A DNA stretch of 64,000 nucleotides, taken from Octopus sinensis (Eukaryota). Location of the stretch: the NCBI RefSeq assembly GCF_006345805.1, contig NC_043015.1:46748001-46812000 (forward strand), in the 5' to 3' direction. The notes below the pieces were generated by a model. It did no database searches, had not been told where the DNA came from, and saw only the letters and a list, made by a program, of their open reading frames with translations. Within the stretch, counting starts at the first letter, position 1. The number at the start of each line of letters is the position of its first letter. This document shows positions 26,271 to 40,357 of this stretch, one piece after another. The translations under genes were made by a program, and so were the position numbers.

Positions 26271-26440
26271 ACGACTGTATGATGTAAGTTCGTTGCTGAA
26301 ATTCCAGTTGCTATCATTAGCTGTATGGGCATGTCACTAATAGATTCATGGAGGTACATGTTTCTGTTTGTGTACTTTCTCAGAAGACAAAGAATGATAT
26401 GCACTTGGTTTCCACCTCTAGTTAACGAATATGCACATGA
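26271..26440 (-). CDS. Candidate internal exon of the minus-strand gene (5' boundary uncertain)
   Basis: Open frame ...SCAYSLTRGGNQVHIILCLLRKYTNRNMYLHESISDMPIQLMIATGISATNLHHTV ending at the donor GT|GTGAGT (26270). Several alternative acceptors lie between 26370 and 26455. Confidence 0.35.
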
Positions 26441-26583
26441 AGCTAACAATAGAACCTCTTAAGTTGTCAAACCAGTTACTTGTGTGACAAAAAGCCACAG
26501 AAAATCAACTCAGTTATTTTTATGTTCAAAATTTGAATCTTGTCAAGGTTAACTTTGTCTTTTGTCTTTCCAGAGTGCATGCA

Positions 26584-26779
26584 TATGAGGTGTTGCTGAA
26601 AAGTTCCTGGCTTTTGGTAAACGATAGTACAGGAGGATCAGTTAATTATGATTTTATTCAATGTATTCACCTCTCAAATTCACATACGTATTGCAGCGGT
26701 CTCTTAGTTTTTCTGTAAAAGAATTTGGAAGTTTGGGCCTCCAGCCAGACCTTTCACGATACCCTTGAAGCCAGGAACT
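26584..26779. mobile_element. Short Tc1/mariner-like MITE
   Basis: Inverted repeats agttcctggcttt (26602) and gaagccaggaact (26767), with a tatgagg...gctgaaa left terminus. Confidence 0.4.
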
Positions 26780-26794
26780 ACCATGCTACACTAC

Positions 26795-26880
26795 TTTTTG
26801 ACAATTCATATGTCTTATAACTTCATCTTGCCAAAATACAAACTGAGCTCTCATATGGGGATTCAACTTCAAATTTATTT
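26795..26880 (-). CDS. Candidate internal exon of the minus-strand gene
   Basis: Very strong acceptor ctctttcttttctttttctttttttttttAG (26881-26882). Only the phase-1 frame stays open (INLKLNPHMRAQFVFWQDEVIRHMNCQK), up to a weak donor AAA|GTAGTG. Confidence 0.35.
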
Positions 26881-27632
26881 CTAAAAAAAAAAAGAAAAAG
26901 AAAAGAAAGAGTCGCTGATGTGTCGTTCAAGCTTCTCTTGAGAGAGGATCAAAGGCTGATACAAACTACGTGGCACATTAGTGCTCTCTTAAACTAACCA
27001 ATCGCCTTTATTTATATAGATGGCTCGGTCTATCTTAGCTATACGGATATTTTAACTAAGAAATTCAAACGATCCTCCTATACACAAAATAACTATATAT
27101 ATATATTTAATACATACATATACACATACACACACACATATATATATATTTAATACATTTATATATATATATATATATATATATTTAATACACACATATA
27201 TATATATAATACACACACACACACATATATAACATAATATATGTATATATAATATACACATATGTATATATGTGTGGGTGTATATACACATGTACGTATA
27301 TATAATGCCTGCTTGATAACCCTCCTTATTGCCGAATACAATTTTTTTTAAAACTTAAAGCAATTAGAAAAATTAACGGATCTTGAAGTTTCAAATTTTT
27401 AAGTTAACTAGAAAATTCCGTCCATCAAAAAGAAAAGATCCAAATCAACTAATAGAAAGGTCGTGGTTGTTTAACCACTATAGTGTATAATATTCCTAAC
27501 TCTGTTAGTATCAGTCACTGGACCACGGCCATGCTGGTGTACTTAACATATATACATGTGTGTATGTGTGTGCGTGTGTATTAACGACATAATATATACA
27601 AGTTTAAAGACACACACATATATACATGTAAT

Positions 27633-27706
<74 letters not shown>

Positions 27707-29658
27707 AATATATAATATATACATGTACTGTATAAATATATTATTTTGTATGTTATTACTAATTAGCGAATTACAAATTTCGGTTTAATTCTTTTTTTTT
27801 TTACCACTAATCAATAATCCAATAATCCAAACATCAGGTTGTCGATCAATTCAAGTGTACCTGATTATATATACACGTTTCGTGGCAGGTAATTTAAATA
27901 CCCGCTTATAAAAGCGTAAAGTATAGCAATCATTACTGCATGTACTTTATATGCACTTTCTGACAAGTTGTGGTGCACCTGAGCACTGTATATACAATAA
28001 TTTCATTATTATATTATTATCATCTATTTAGTTTTCAGCTTTAAAAAGGTTAAAAGATATAGTGTTGAGTGAGTCTAACTGTAGTAAATTATGTAGTGCC
28101 TGCAATGGAGATAAGAGCCGCAACGGAAATGCTTGACATTCTGAGCTAAGGCTAACCGCCATCAACGACAATAGGATGGGAAATACATATGCCTCCTTGT
28201 GATATAGAACAAGAGGTTGCATATGTTCAGCGCTCTTTATTAGTGAATTAACCAGATATATAATAACAAAATAATAATAATAATAATGAAAAAGACTAAC
28301 AAAAAATATTACAATAATAAAATTGATAACGATGATGGGGATTAGTGTAAAATAATGTAGTTTATATAGGAAACAGATCTTTAATCGCCTGATGTGAAGC
28401 CATAATATTATTAATTGACCTCACACAATTTACACAGGTAGGAGGGCTACAGTGAGTGGGTGAGCAAAATGTGGTAAAAGAAGGAAGGGAAAACGATTTC
28501 ATTTTGTTTAACTGCCTGGTATGTGAGTGGGGGAGTTATTGTGTTGATTTTCCCTTTAAATTCGTTTAATTTGCATTTTTTATATATATATATATATATA
28601 TCGTTTTTATTTCGTTCTAATTTACTTCTTACATGAGATGTGAGTCAATAGATTTTTATACAAGGTGGGAGGAAGGGGGGACTAGGACACGAGATAGTGC
28701 GACGGTTTGTGCCTTTCTCGAAATGTGTAATTAAATTAAATTGAATTAAACGAACAAAGCAATGAGAGCCTTTATGTAGTCGCCGTACCCACCAGAAACA
28801 GCAGCAATATTACTCTAATTCCATTATAAAGTTAAAACATAGGATATAATATTGTCGGAAATAAAACTATGTCTAAAAGGTCGCGAGGGGGGTCGTGGCT
28901 TTTGATTTAGTTATGGGGCTACTCGGTTATGGATAAGCAACAATAAAATGTATGTTTAGATATAGAGGGCACACGAGAGAGGATAAAAATGAGAGAATCC
29001 AGTAGGGTTAATAATATTAAGACAAATGAAAAAGCCTGGTTTTATCCAGGAGTGAATACCGAATAAGCGATTCGGATAATTCTTACTTTTATTCCAGGGA
29101 ACTTTCCCCTCAACAAATACAGGTTTATTATTTTAAAATTAGACACAAACCCCTGTATTCTTTTGACTATACGCATGTAGATTAGCCATACGGAGTTTTT
29201 ATGTAGCCACTTATATTTCCGTTACCGAAAGGGTGTTGGCTACATAACTGAACTTACAGTTGTGAATAAAAACCGGTTTAGACTCCGCTCATAAACGAGC
29301 TTTTATACTACGTCTTGTGTTTGTCAATATCGATTTCTGATACAAGACATTAAATTTATAAGGAATAAAGAAAGGGAATTAGTATGTGCGGAGTTGGGGA
29401 CCGTTTTTCTATGGTACTTAATAACGAGTGAGTAAAGGAATCTAATCTATTTTAACTAGGAAGGTCAACATCGGTTTGCGAATTGCTTTGGTTATCGATT
29501 ACTGATACTCACTTAACATTTGAGAAGGAAAGAGACTAAAAATAACACCTCATAACGGATATTACTAACTCGAGATTATAGAAGCAAGCATTGCAACGTA
29601 GGTTAAGATCCGAATAATCTATAAGTTCGGCCTGTTAGAAAAAAACAGCCACATCTTA

Positions 29659-31371
29659 TTGGGTTGGTAACTAAGTTCCCGCCGTTTTTTTTTAATTTTG
29701 GAATCTATTTTTTCGAAAATTCTATTTTTGAATCATTTTGTTGTTGTTTTTTTGTTTTTTTTTGTTAATTTTAGTTTATTAAAATCATTAAAATGGAATG
29801 TCAAGTTAAGAAAAACGAGCATTTTCGACACCTCCTGCTTTTTGCTTTTAATCAAGGTTCTAAGGCCGCAAAAGTTGCTCGCAACATGTGTGCTGTGTAT
29901 GGAGAGGGTGCCATAGCGGAAAGAACCGCTCGTGATTGGTATACCAAGTTCAAAAATGGAAATTTTGACCTCAAAGACGCACATCGTTCTGGCCGTCCAG
30001 AGCGATTAAACCAACTTTTGCATGAAAATTCTCGTCAAACGACAAGGGAACATGGCAGGGATCTTTTCCTTTTGAACGGCACTTTTCAACACAATTTCTA
30101 GTTAACTAAACACTTTTAAACTTCGTATACTGGTAGAATGTGTCAAAATAAAACATTTTTTTCTCTTGGCTTTCTTGAGAAAATTGTAATTTGTAAGTTT
30201 AATGTAGTTTAATTTTTCGAATTTTAACCAATCAATTGCCTCTAGTGAGCTAAAATCATTTGCTGAGTCTAAAACTGAGACAACATCCTGTCACTAACCC
30301 TAACCCTCACCCTCACCCTCACCCCCAACCTAACACTAAATATTAGCTTTTCGTTTTTTTTCTCCTTAATTGTTAAATTAATTTAAGGATAACAATTAAG
30401 AAAAAAAAAACGAAAGCAGTGGAAAATAATTTAAACAATTAACAAACAAAATAATTCTATAATTTTCGTACGTATACATAACAAAAGGCTACAACGAAAG
30501 CAAAAACTCAAAACAAATAATTTTAGACACACGCGTAACAATTAAATTAATTTAACAATTAAGAAAAAAACAAACCGAAAGACTAAAATTTAGGGTTAGG
30601 GTGAGGGTGAGGGTTAGGGTTAGTTACAGGATGTTGTCTCAGTTTTAGACGCAGCAAATAATTTTAGCTCAAAAGAGAGCATAGGATTGGTTAAAATTCG
30701 AAAAATTAAACTACGTTAAACAAACAAATTACAATTTTCTCAAGAAAGCCAAGAGAAAAAAATGTTTTATTTTGACACATTCTACCAGTATACGAAGTTT
30801 TAAAGTGTTTAGTTAACCAGAAATTGTGTTGAAAAGTGCCATTCAAAAGCAAAAGATCCCATGGCAGAGAAAATGGAACGCTCTCACACTGCTACAGAGA
30901 AGCATCTTTACTCGATGGGAAAGGTTCAGAAGTTTGGAGCATGGGTTTTGCATGCTTTAAGTGACAACAAAAATCAGTGAGCCACAATCTCCGCTGGTTT
31001 GCTTGCTCGTCACTGCTCAATTCATGGACACAAGCAACGATTTCTTTCCCGAATCATTACTGGTGAAGAAACATGGTGCCTATACATCAATATGAAGCAA
31101 CGTTAGGAATGGCTTAGCCTCGGTAAACAAGGGACACCGTGGGTGAAACGATGTTGTGCGTATGGTGAATTGCTTGAACGGAACCAAACAATCAACGTGG
31201 AACAATTCAACAGATGGAACGACTCAAGAGAAAAGACCTAATCAGCGGCATGGAGTTCTTCTGCTGCATGACAACGCCCGCCCTCATATTGCCAATATGA
31301 CCAAGGAAGCCATTCAAACGCATGGCTGAGAAGTGCTGCCACACAAGCTGTACTCTCCTGATTTGGCACCA
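29659..31371 (+). mobile_element. Mariner transposase pseudogene, interrupted by a MITE
   Basis: TA plus TIR-like ttgggttggtaactaag. Reads MECQVKKNEHFRHLLLFAF...RSGRP...RQTTRE, then after the MITE AEKMERSH...WVLHAL, IITGEETW, LLHDNARPH and YSPDLAP. Stops and frameshifts present; right TIR not seen. Confidence 0.9.
30059..30859. mobile_element. MITE with long TIRs, 8-bp TSD and (TTAGGG)-like inner repeats
   Basis: Termini GGATCTTTT...AAAAGATCC, imperfect TIRs of roughly 250 bp, TSD CATGGCAG at 30051-30058 and 30860-30867. Confidence 0.9.
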
Positions 31372-34334
31372 ATTATTTGTTGTTTGTTTTTTCTTCAATT
31401 TCTGCAATTTCAACCAATCACTGACGTCTATTAAGGTAAAAAACATTCTGTGCCATATGAATATGTCCCTCCTTTAAGAAACAGATTGGGTTTATTTACA
31501 TTTGTGAAGAAAAAAGACACCCTTCCCCCACCCCTAACCCTAACTAATCCTCCATCAACTGAGATTATCCCAAAACTCCCTCTGAGGAAGTTTTAAAATC
31601 TATGCGATTTCACATTCCACGGCAATAAAAATGTGCCGATCCTAGGCAAAGGATGGACGTAAGTGTAAGTGAAGTATTTGTCACTGAAAGAAAGAGATAA
31701 GTTTAAAGAGCAGTTGAATAGGGAAGATAGGCAGGCAAGTTGTTGACAAATACAGATTGAAGTAGGATTTAGCCAGTGACGTCACATCCACTGCCATAGA
31801 CGGCATCCTACTGCAGAATTTTGAATTTTGGATTACTTTTTTTTTCGTTTTTCTTACTAAATCTCAATTTCTGAATGTTATTATATGCACTGTCTAAAGT
31901 ATTGACATGAACATCTAAAAAAGATTTTTACATTACTCGTTTAGAAATACTTTTTCGGTTTCTGATTACAAACTGGAAATTGGAAAATTATCGTAAGCAA
32001 TCGACATTGAAATTTTGAGAAAGGAATGAAAAATAAGATTGTAATCTCCGTATTTTTAAAACATGGAATACCTCGACCCCTTCTGAAAATTTTTTTCGAA
32101 ATGAAGTTAAAAGCTGAATATTGAGAGTAAAGGGTGATTAAAATTCGAAAAGCCTTTTATTTTTGTTGTTTCTTTTCTTCTTTTTGGTTAAAATCGTTAT
32201 TTCCGTTGTTGAAAAACATAAGAACCTGAAGAAATTTTTGGAAAACAAAAATAAAAAAAAGAGGAATGGCTATGTGACACGTCTGCATGGACAAGTAGTA
32301 CCTATGAATTTTTACAAGGGCTTCAAGACTGGTAGGATAGAGTGAGGGGGAAAGGTATCTTCAAACCAAAAACCTAGTCCGAATGCTTGCTACGAAATGG
32401 AGATCTACTGACTGTGCATTGTGTTCTTGACCAAAACACTTCAATCACGTTGCTTCTGTTATAAATGAGTAATCCTGCAACATACTGGCTTACTGTTTGG
32501 GGATAATGTTGCAATACCAGACATTTATGCATCATGGAAATTGATTAACCGACGCCAGCTTCTGTGCCAGTGACACGTAAAAGGCACCATCTGAATGTGG
32601 CCGATGCCAGCGCCGCCTTGACTGGCTTCCGTACCGGTGGCACGTAAAAAGCACCAATCTGATCGTGGTCGTTGCCAGCCTCGCCTGGCACCTGTACCGG
32701 TGGCACGTAAAAAGCACCCACTACACTCACAGAGTAGTTGGCGTTAGGAAGGGCATCCAGCTGTAGAAACACTGCCAGATCAGACTGGAGCCTGGTGCAG
32801 CCTTCTCGCTTACCAGATCCCCGGTCGAACCGTCCAACCCATGCTAGCATGGAGAACGGATGTTAAACGATGATGATGATGATGATGACCCTATGAGCCA
32901 CAGGACATGAGACAGCAACATCCGTGGAGGCGCAATGGCCCAGTGGTTAGGGTAGTTGACTCGCGGTTGTAAGAACGCAGTTTCGATTCCCAGACCTCAA
33001 ATATTGTGAGTGTTTATTGAGCAAAAAACACATAAGCTCCACGAGGCTGCGGTGGGTGGGGTGGGATGGGGCAAACCCCGCTGTACTCTTTCACCGCAAC
33101 TTTCTCTCACTCTTTCTTCCTACTTCTGCCACAAAGCAGAGGAACCATGGTGTAACCCACTATGATGTGGTAAGCTTTCAGAACCTAGTCTATATGGCGA
33201 ATCCTCTGTACCCAGGATGGTTCAGCTCTCCACCCATTAAAAGCCACCGTTTACGGAATGAGGAGAACAATGTAGCTTTCATGCCCGTGCAACCGCAAGT
33301 CTATCGCGTGTGGTGAGTGGATCTTAGTAGCTTAGAGTAGGCTCGAATTAGAGATTATTCTTTGTAGCTAATGGTGTGAATCCTGATTAGAAGAAGAAGA
33401 ACAGCAATGTCCAAGGGTTGATGATGATGATGAAAAAATGAACGGCAATGTTGACTCCGGCGGGATTTGAACTCAGAACAGGGTGAGTCGGAACAAATAT
33501 CACCTCGCTAAAGTGTCAATATTCTCACTTTCATTTTGTACTCCCAAGCCGAAAGAATGCTCAAAGACTTATAACATTGGATTCGGTCCCGCATTTGCCC
33601 CATACGAATCTCAAACCACAGTTCAGTTATAGTTTGAACCTGTGCGCAACTGAGATTTTATCTAATGAACGGCCATTATTCACGTGATAGTTCGGTGCTC
33701 TGACTAGAACTTAACATGAACATAACCTATAAATACAATCAAATTAGTACCAAAGTGCTGAGACATTCGAGCCAATAGGACATTCTCCACTAGAATGTTT
33801 TGGGGTCAAGTTATGTTACATTCTCCAAACAGCTGTTCTCACAGCTGCATATTCAATCGAGGATAATTGGAAATGAAGATATGCCACAGCACCTGCATAT
33901 TTACTTGAAACATAAAAAAATAACCAGTCCCCGTGTTGAATCGCTAACAGAGACTTTCCCTGTCATATTACGCTGTTTCATTTTATTGTTTCCGTTAATT
34001 GTAATGCAAGAACATATTTCCTCTCAATGTAACAATAAACTGTTTCAAAACACATTAAAAAAAGGCAGCTCTTTGTTACAAGACTTCTCTCATTTAAATT
34101 ACAATTTCATATGCACAGCCTAAAATGAATTTGCATTTACAAAGTTTTCATATTGCTTAAGTGAAAATTCAGCATTAAAAAGAGGGCACAATTTCAAGTA
34201 AAGGTGTTAGAAATCTGTATCAAAATTATGTCGAAGTTTATTGTTACACGAGGTACATAAATGAATTAGATTTGCATTTTACAAATCACCTTATATATAA
34301 AAATTACGCATACCTATCTGGAACCATCAATTAA

Positions 34335-34738
34335 ACTCTTTACTCTTTTACTTGTTTCAGTCATTTGACTGCAGCCATGCTGGAGCACCGCCTTTAGTCG
34401 ACCAAATCGACCCCGGGACTTATTCTTTGTAAGCCCAGTACTTATTCTATCGGTCTCTTTTGCTGAACCGCTAAGTGACGGGGACGTAAACACACCAGCA
34501 TCGGTTGTCAAGCAATGCTAGGGGAACAAACACAGACACACAAACACACACATATATATATATATACATATATACGACAGGCTTCTTTCAGTTTCCGTCT
34601 ACTAAATCCACTCACAAGGCATTGGTCGGCCCGGGGCTATAGCAGAAGACACTTGCCCAAGATGCCACGCAGTGGGACTGAACCCGGAACCATGTGGTTG
34701 GTTAGCAAGTTACTTACCACACAGCCACTCCTGCGCCT
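34335..34738 (-). mobile_element. SINE family A, full length
   Basis: Colinear reverse-complement copy. Confidence 0.9.
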
Positions 34739-37700
34739 AAATGAAATAAATACAATGGAACATGTTACTGCTTTCGTGGCGTTATATAGAATAGTTTATG
34801 CCGAAGAGATTAAATTCATTAATTTTACAGGGAAATTATTTTCCATCTTCACTTGAAAAAGTAATTTGCTGTAATAATGTCTTACATGCTAAATTAAATT
34901 CATTTGCAAGCAAAATTGAGTAGTTATATAAATAATCATTAGTAAAAAAAAAAAAAACGAGGTTAATTATTGTGTGAAATTTGAAATGTATTGAATGTTT
35001 ATGATGCTTGCATGTGATTTGATTATAAATGAGGGCTAATGGCATGAAACTCCTCGAGTTTTTCAAGTTATTCTTTGATGTAAATAAATACGCAGAGCTT
35101 TCCATTTTGTAGATATAAAGCATTTAACCTTGTTAAACGAAGGTGTTCTTTAGGCCAAAAGTGTTTTCCACAAAATGAAATTAATGCATAAAAACAAGCG
35201 AGTGGGCCAGAGAACGTCGGCTAGATTACTATAAAGCATCAAATGTAGTGTTGTTATTGAAACTGGGTTCATCAAATATTCTTTCCTTTGTTTGTCACTT
35301 GACTGCGACCGTTCTGGGGCCATTGCCTTGAAGGGTTTTAGTTGAACAAATCGAACCCAGGGGTTTTTAAGCCTGGTACTTATTCTATCGGTCTCTGTTT
35401 GCTGAACCGCTAAGTTACGTGGACGTGGACTCATCAACACCGGTAATCAAGCGGTGGTCAGGGGACAAACTCAGACATAAAGACACACACACACACACAC
35501 ACATATATATACTCTTTTACTTGCTTCAGTCATTTGACTGTAGCCATGCTGGAGCACCACTTTTAGTCGAGCAAATTGACCCCAGGACTTATTCTTTGTA
35601 AGCCTAGTACTTATTCTATTGGTCTTTTGCTGAACTGCTAAGTTACGGGGATGTGAACACACCAGCATCGGTTGTCAAGCGACGGTGGGGGGACAGACAC
35701 AGACACACAAGCATACACACACACACACACACACATATATATATTTACATACATACATATATACGACGGGCTTCTTTCAGTTTCCGTCTACCAAATCCAC
35801 TCACAAGGCTTTGGTCGGCCTGAGGCTATAGTAGAAGACACATGCCCAAGGTGCCATGCAGTGGGACTGAACCTGGAACCATGTGGTTCGTAAGCAAGCT
35901 ACTTACCACACAGCCACTCCAAGCAAAGGTACTTTCTTGAGTCATACCGACTCGCATATATTCCCCACCTGGATGGGATGTTGGTCCATCGCAGGATTAC
36001 TCATTTTTGCCAGCTGAGCGGACTGGAGCAATGTGGAGTGAAGTGTTTTGCTCAAGAACACAACACATCACTCAGTCCAGGAATCGAAACCACAATCTTA
36101 CCATCGTGAGTCAAACATCCTAACCATTAACCAAAGCCTTGTGAGTGGATTTGGTAGATGGAAACTGAAAGAAGCTTGTCGTATATCTGTATATTTATAT
36201 GTATGTGTATATGTTTGTGTGTCTGTGTTTGTACCCCCCCCCCTCAACATCGCTTGACAACCGATGATGGTGTGTTTGCGTCCCCGTAAGTTAGTGGTTC
36301 AGCAAAAGAGACTGATAGAATAAGTACTAGGCTTACAAAGAATAAGTCCTGGGGTCGATTTGCTCGACTAAAGGCGGTGCTCTAGCATGGCCTCGGTCAA
36401 ATGACTGAAACAAGTAAAAGAGTAAAAGAATATATATATATATATATAATGACGAGCTTCTTTCAGTTTCCATCTACCAAATCCATTCACAAGGCTTCGA
36501 CCAGCCCGAGGCCATAGTTGAAGATACTAGTCCAAGGTGCCACGCAGTGGGATTGAACCCGGAACCATGTGGTTGGGAAGCAAGCTTCTTACCTCACCCA
36601 GCCACGTCTCGAGGGCAAAGTATGGTTATTAACTTCCCATGTATATGGAATATTCATAAAAGAAAACAATTCTAGGAGTGGCTGTGTGGTAAGTAGCTTG
36701 CTTACAAACCACATGGTTCCAGGTTCAGTCCCACTGCTTGGCACCTTGGGCAAGTGTCTTCTACTATAGCCTCGGGCCGACCAAAGCCTTGTGAGTGGAT
36801 TTGGTAGACGGAAACTGAAAGAAGCCTGTCGTATATAGGCACAGGAGTGGCTGTGTGGTAAGTAGCTTGCTTACAAACCAAATGGTTCCGGGTTCAGTCC
36901 CACTGCTTGGCACCTTGGGCAAGTGTCTTCTACTATAGCCTTGGGCCGACCAAAGCCTTGTGAGTGGATTTGGTAGACGGATACTGAAAGAAGCCCGTCG
37001 TATATATGTATATATATGTTTACATATGTGCATATGTGTGTGTGTATATGTTTGTATGTCTGTGTTTGTCCCCACCAACATCTTTTGACAACTGATGCTG
37101 GTTGTGTTTACGTCCCCGTAACTTAGCGGTTCGACAAAAGACTGATAGAATAAGTACTAGTCCTACAAAGAATAAGTCCTGGGGTCGATTTGCTCGACTA
37201 AAGGTGGTGCTCCAGCATGGCCACAGTCAAATGACTGAAACAAGTAAATGAATAAATGAATAAATTAATGAGGCGCAATCAGTTTTTTTACAAAATGATG
37301 GCGTCTATATCACATTCGATTTTTTTTTCCCTTGACCTGGAAAATTTCTGTTTTTTTTTATATATCTGGAAGACACCAGCTGTTGTCTGACGTAGTCTTT
37401 CCTTTAACGGAGCTCTGAAAAACAAAGAGACACTACTGATTATGTAGGTATAGGTTCAAAGCTCTTACATAGTTTAAAGACAAAGTACACGGGTAACTTA
37501 CAAGTTATTTCCTTTCATTTAACATAGGATTCATATGAAAAGATAATTTTTTTTACTCTTTCAAATGATGCAAGCAACACGAAAATTTGATATCAACCAA
37601 ATGCATTTACTGACTATCATCATCATCATCATCATCATCATCGTTTAGCGTCCGTTTTCCATGCTAGCATGGGTTGGACGGTTCAACTGGGGTCTGTGAA

Positions 37701-38734
37701 GCCGGAAGGCTTCATCAGGCCCAGTCAGATCTGGCAGTGTTTCTATGGCTGGATGCCCTTCCTAACGCCAACTACTCCGTGAGTGTAGTGGGTGCTTTTT
37801 ACGTGCCACCCGCACAGGTGCCAGACAGAGCTGGCAAACGGCCACGCAATATAAAAGAAAAAGATCAATCCTTAATTTACTTATATATACGACGGGCTTC
37901 TTCCAGTTTCCTTCTACCAAATCTTCTCACAAAACTTTGGTAGGCCCGAGGCTATAGTAGAAGACACTTGCCCAAGGTGCCACGTAATGGGACTGAACCT
38001 GGAACCATGTGAGGAGGAAGCAAGCTTCTTACCACACAGCCACGCCTCTGTGTGTGGGTCAACTCCAGAGTTTGACCTGAGCAAAAAAAGACACTTGCCC
38101 AAGGTGCCAAGCAGTGGGACTGAACCTGGAACCATGTGGTTTGTAAGCAAGCTACTTACCACACAACCGCTCCTAGACTTGTTTTCTTTTATTAATAGTG
38201 TCATAGGTGTAAAACAACATGCAGTAAACAAATATGGAAAAATGGGCGCTGGCGAATGGGGGGGCGGGGGAGAGGACTCGGAAAATTCACATCGGGAATA
38301 TTCCGAGTCCTCTCACCACTTCCCCGTTCGTCGGCGAAATTTCTTTTCTTCGTATTCGTTTACTATACATTCTTTTACACCTAGTACACTATTTCTTTTT
38401 TTCAATTTTTGTGCTTTGGGGTGAGTGGGATACGGACTCGGATAATTCACACACCCAGTCACCCTCTTCGATGCCCGGTTACAAAAATAACAAAAAAATG
38501 TAATAGGTGTATAACAACATGAAGTAAACGAATATGAAAAAAATAAATGCACGCTGGCGAACAGTGGGGAAGAGGACCAGGACAATTCACACGATCCGAT
38601 TTTTTCCCTAAAGAAAATGGATATTCTTTCCAACCACACGGTTCCAGGTTCAGTCCCACTGCATGGCACCTTGGGTAAACATTAACCCTATTTTCTTTTT
38701 GTTCGGGTCAAACACAGGAGTTTGAATAATCAAA

Positions 38735-39905
38735 TTACACCATCTAGAAAATTACATAAATAGAAAAGTTAAAATTAAAATAACAATTAAAAAGTAAATA
38801 TTAAGTAAATTACAAAAATAATATAATGTATTTAATAGGTAGAAGAACAACACGTGTTTCGCTGCTATATTTAATAAATGATTATAGCAGTAGAGAAATC
38901 ACTTGCATATAAATATAGTCGCTCATCAGGTTAAAAATATAATAGAACAATAAAATAATTAATTAATAAATATACTTTAATACATACACACACACACATA
39001 TATACATACACACACACATATATATATGTATATATATACATACACACACACACATATATATACATACACACACACACATATATATGTATATATATATATA
39101 AAATACAAGATAAGAAAATGGAGAAACACATCTAAATCAAATATCAATTCAGGGCTAATATTGGTAAAATGAGACATAATTATCGACATGGCCGAAACAG
39201 CTGTAAGATCTAATGTATGCTTATATTTATATTTACTTGTATTTATATTCTTTTTTTATATATATTCTAATTATTATACAACATTACTCTTTTATGTACA
39301 CTTTTTTATGTACATTCCTTTATGTACACTGATTTGTTCTGCTTTTTATATTTAACCCTACAGTCTCTTAGGTGGTGGTTTAATAAAGTATGTGATTGAG
39401 TATTATCTGGTAATTGATATTTGATTTAGATGTGTTTCTCCATTTTCTTATCTTGTATTAGTAATTTGTGGTAAATCATTTTACCTTTGACCATATAATA
39501 CAGTAAATGAATTGATTGCATCGCAATCATTAACATTTATGTATTAACTTTGTTGGGTACTTCACTAGCAGTATATTGGATATACGTTATCCCATAGAGG
39601 GTTGCATTTACAACCCCTATCTCAATTTGTGTATATATATAAAATACATATTTTACTGTTCTATTATATTTTTAACCTGATGAGCGACTATATTTATATG
39701 CAAGTGATTTCTCTACTACTATAATCATTTATTAAATATAGCAGTGGAACACGTTTCTACCAATTATATACATTATATTATTTTTGTAATTTACTTAATC
39801 TTTACTTTTTATTGTTATTTTAATTTTAACTTTTCTATTTATGTAATTTTCTAGATGGTGTAATTTATTCATTTTGAATTGATAACAGGTGGGTTTTTTT
39901 CTAAT
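38735..39905. mobile_element. Penelope-like non-autonomous element with inverted duplication and hammerhead motifs
   Basis: 38735-38957 is the reverse complement of about 39650-39867, and 39100-39148 of about 39412-39460. The 3' end abuts (TA)n, and the same terminus occurs at 12500-12660. Confidence 0.6.
38846..38932 (-). ncRNA. Hammerhead ribozyme motif with extended stem II
   Basis: Minus strand AAC-CUGAUGA-GCgaCUAUAUUU...AAAUAUAGcaGC-GAAA-CACGUG-U-U-GUU. Core intact and stem III palindromic, but the cleavage triplet is GUU (suboptimal) and stem I is only 3 bp. Confidence 0.6.
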
Positions 39906-40357
39906 ATTATATATATATATATATTTGTATATATATATATACTAGCAGAATTGCCCGGCGATGCTCGGGGCTGAATTGCTTGAAAGTACTGTTAATGATT
40001 GCACTGAATTATGATGATTATTCAGGCAAATATTGATATAAGTTTACGGTGGGAGATAAGGACTTAACGATAAAACGTGTGCCATTGCATTGTTTTGGGG
40101 GAACCAAATTTCTAATGAGCATTATATGGGCACCAACTTTATGTTTGAGAATGTGTGGTGGTAGTCCGGGGTGCTCAAAGGAATTGAGTACCTCTATTGG
40201 ATATTTTTATCATAAGATATATATATATATATATATAATAAATATTAGGGAATAAATCCAAATTTACAGGGAAAAAATCAGATTAAGGATTAAATCCAAT
40301 TTTGCAAAATAGTGGTTTTGTCTCTAATTATTATTATATATATATATATATATATAA

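Noticed and set aside
30290-30625. Telomere or chromosome-fusion relic
   Set aside because: The TTAGGG-like runs are short, symmetric and internal to a TSD-flanked MITE present twice.
33137-33312. Exon-like open frame ending at TG|GTGAGT after a SINE-C pyrimidine tract
   Set aside because: No partner exon or recognisable motif; may be a LINE remnant. Needs RNA-seq.
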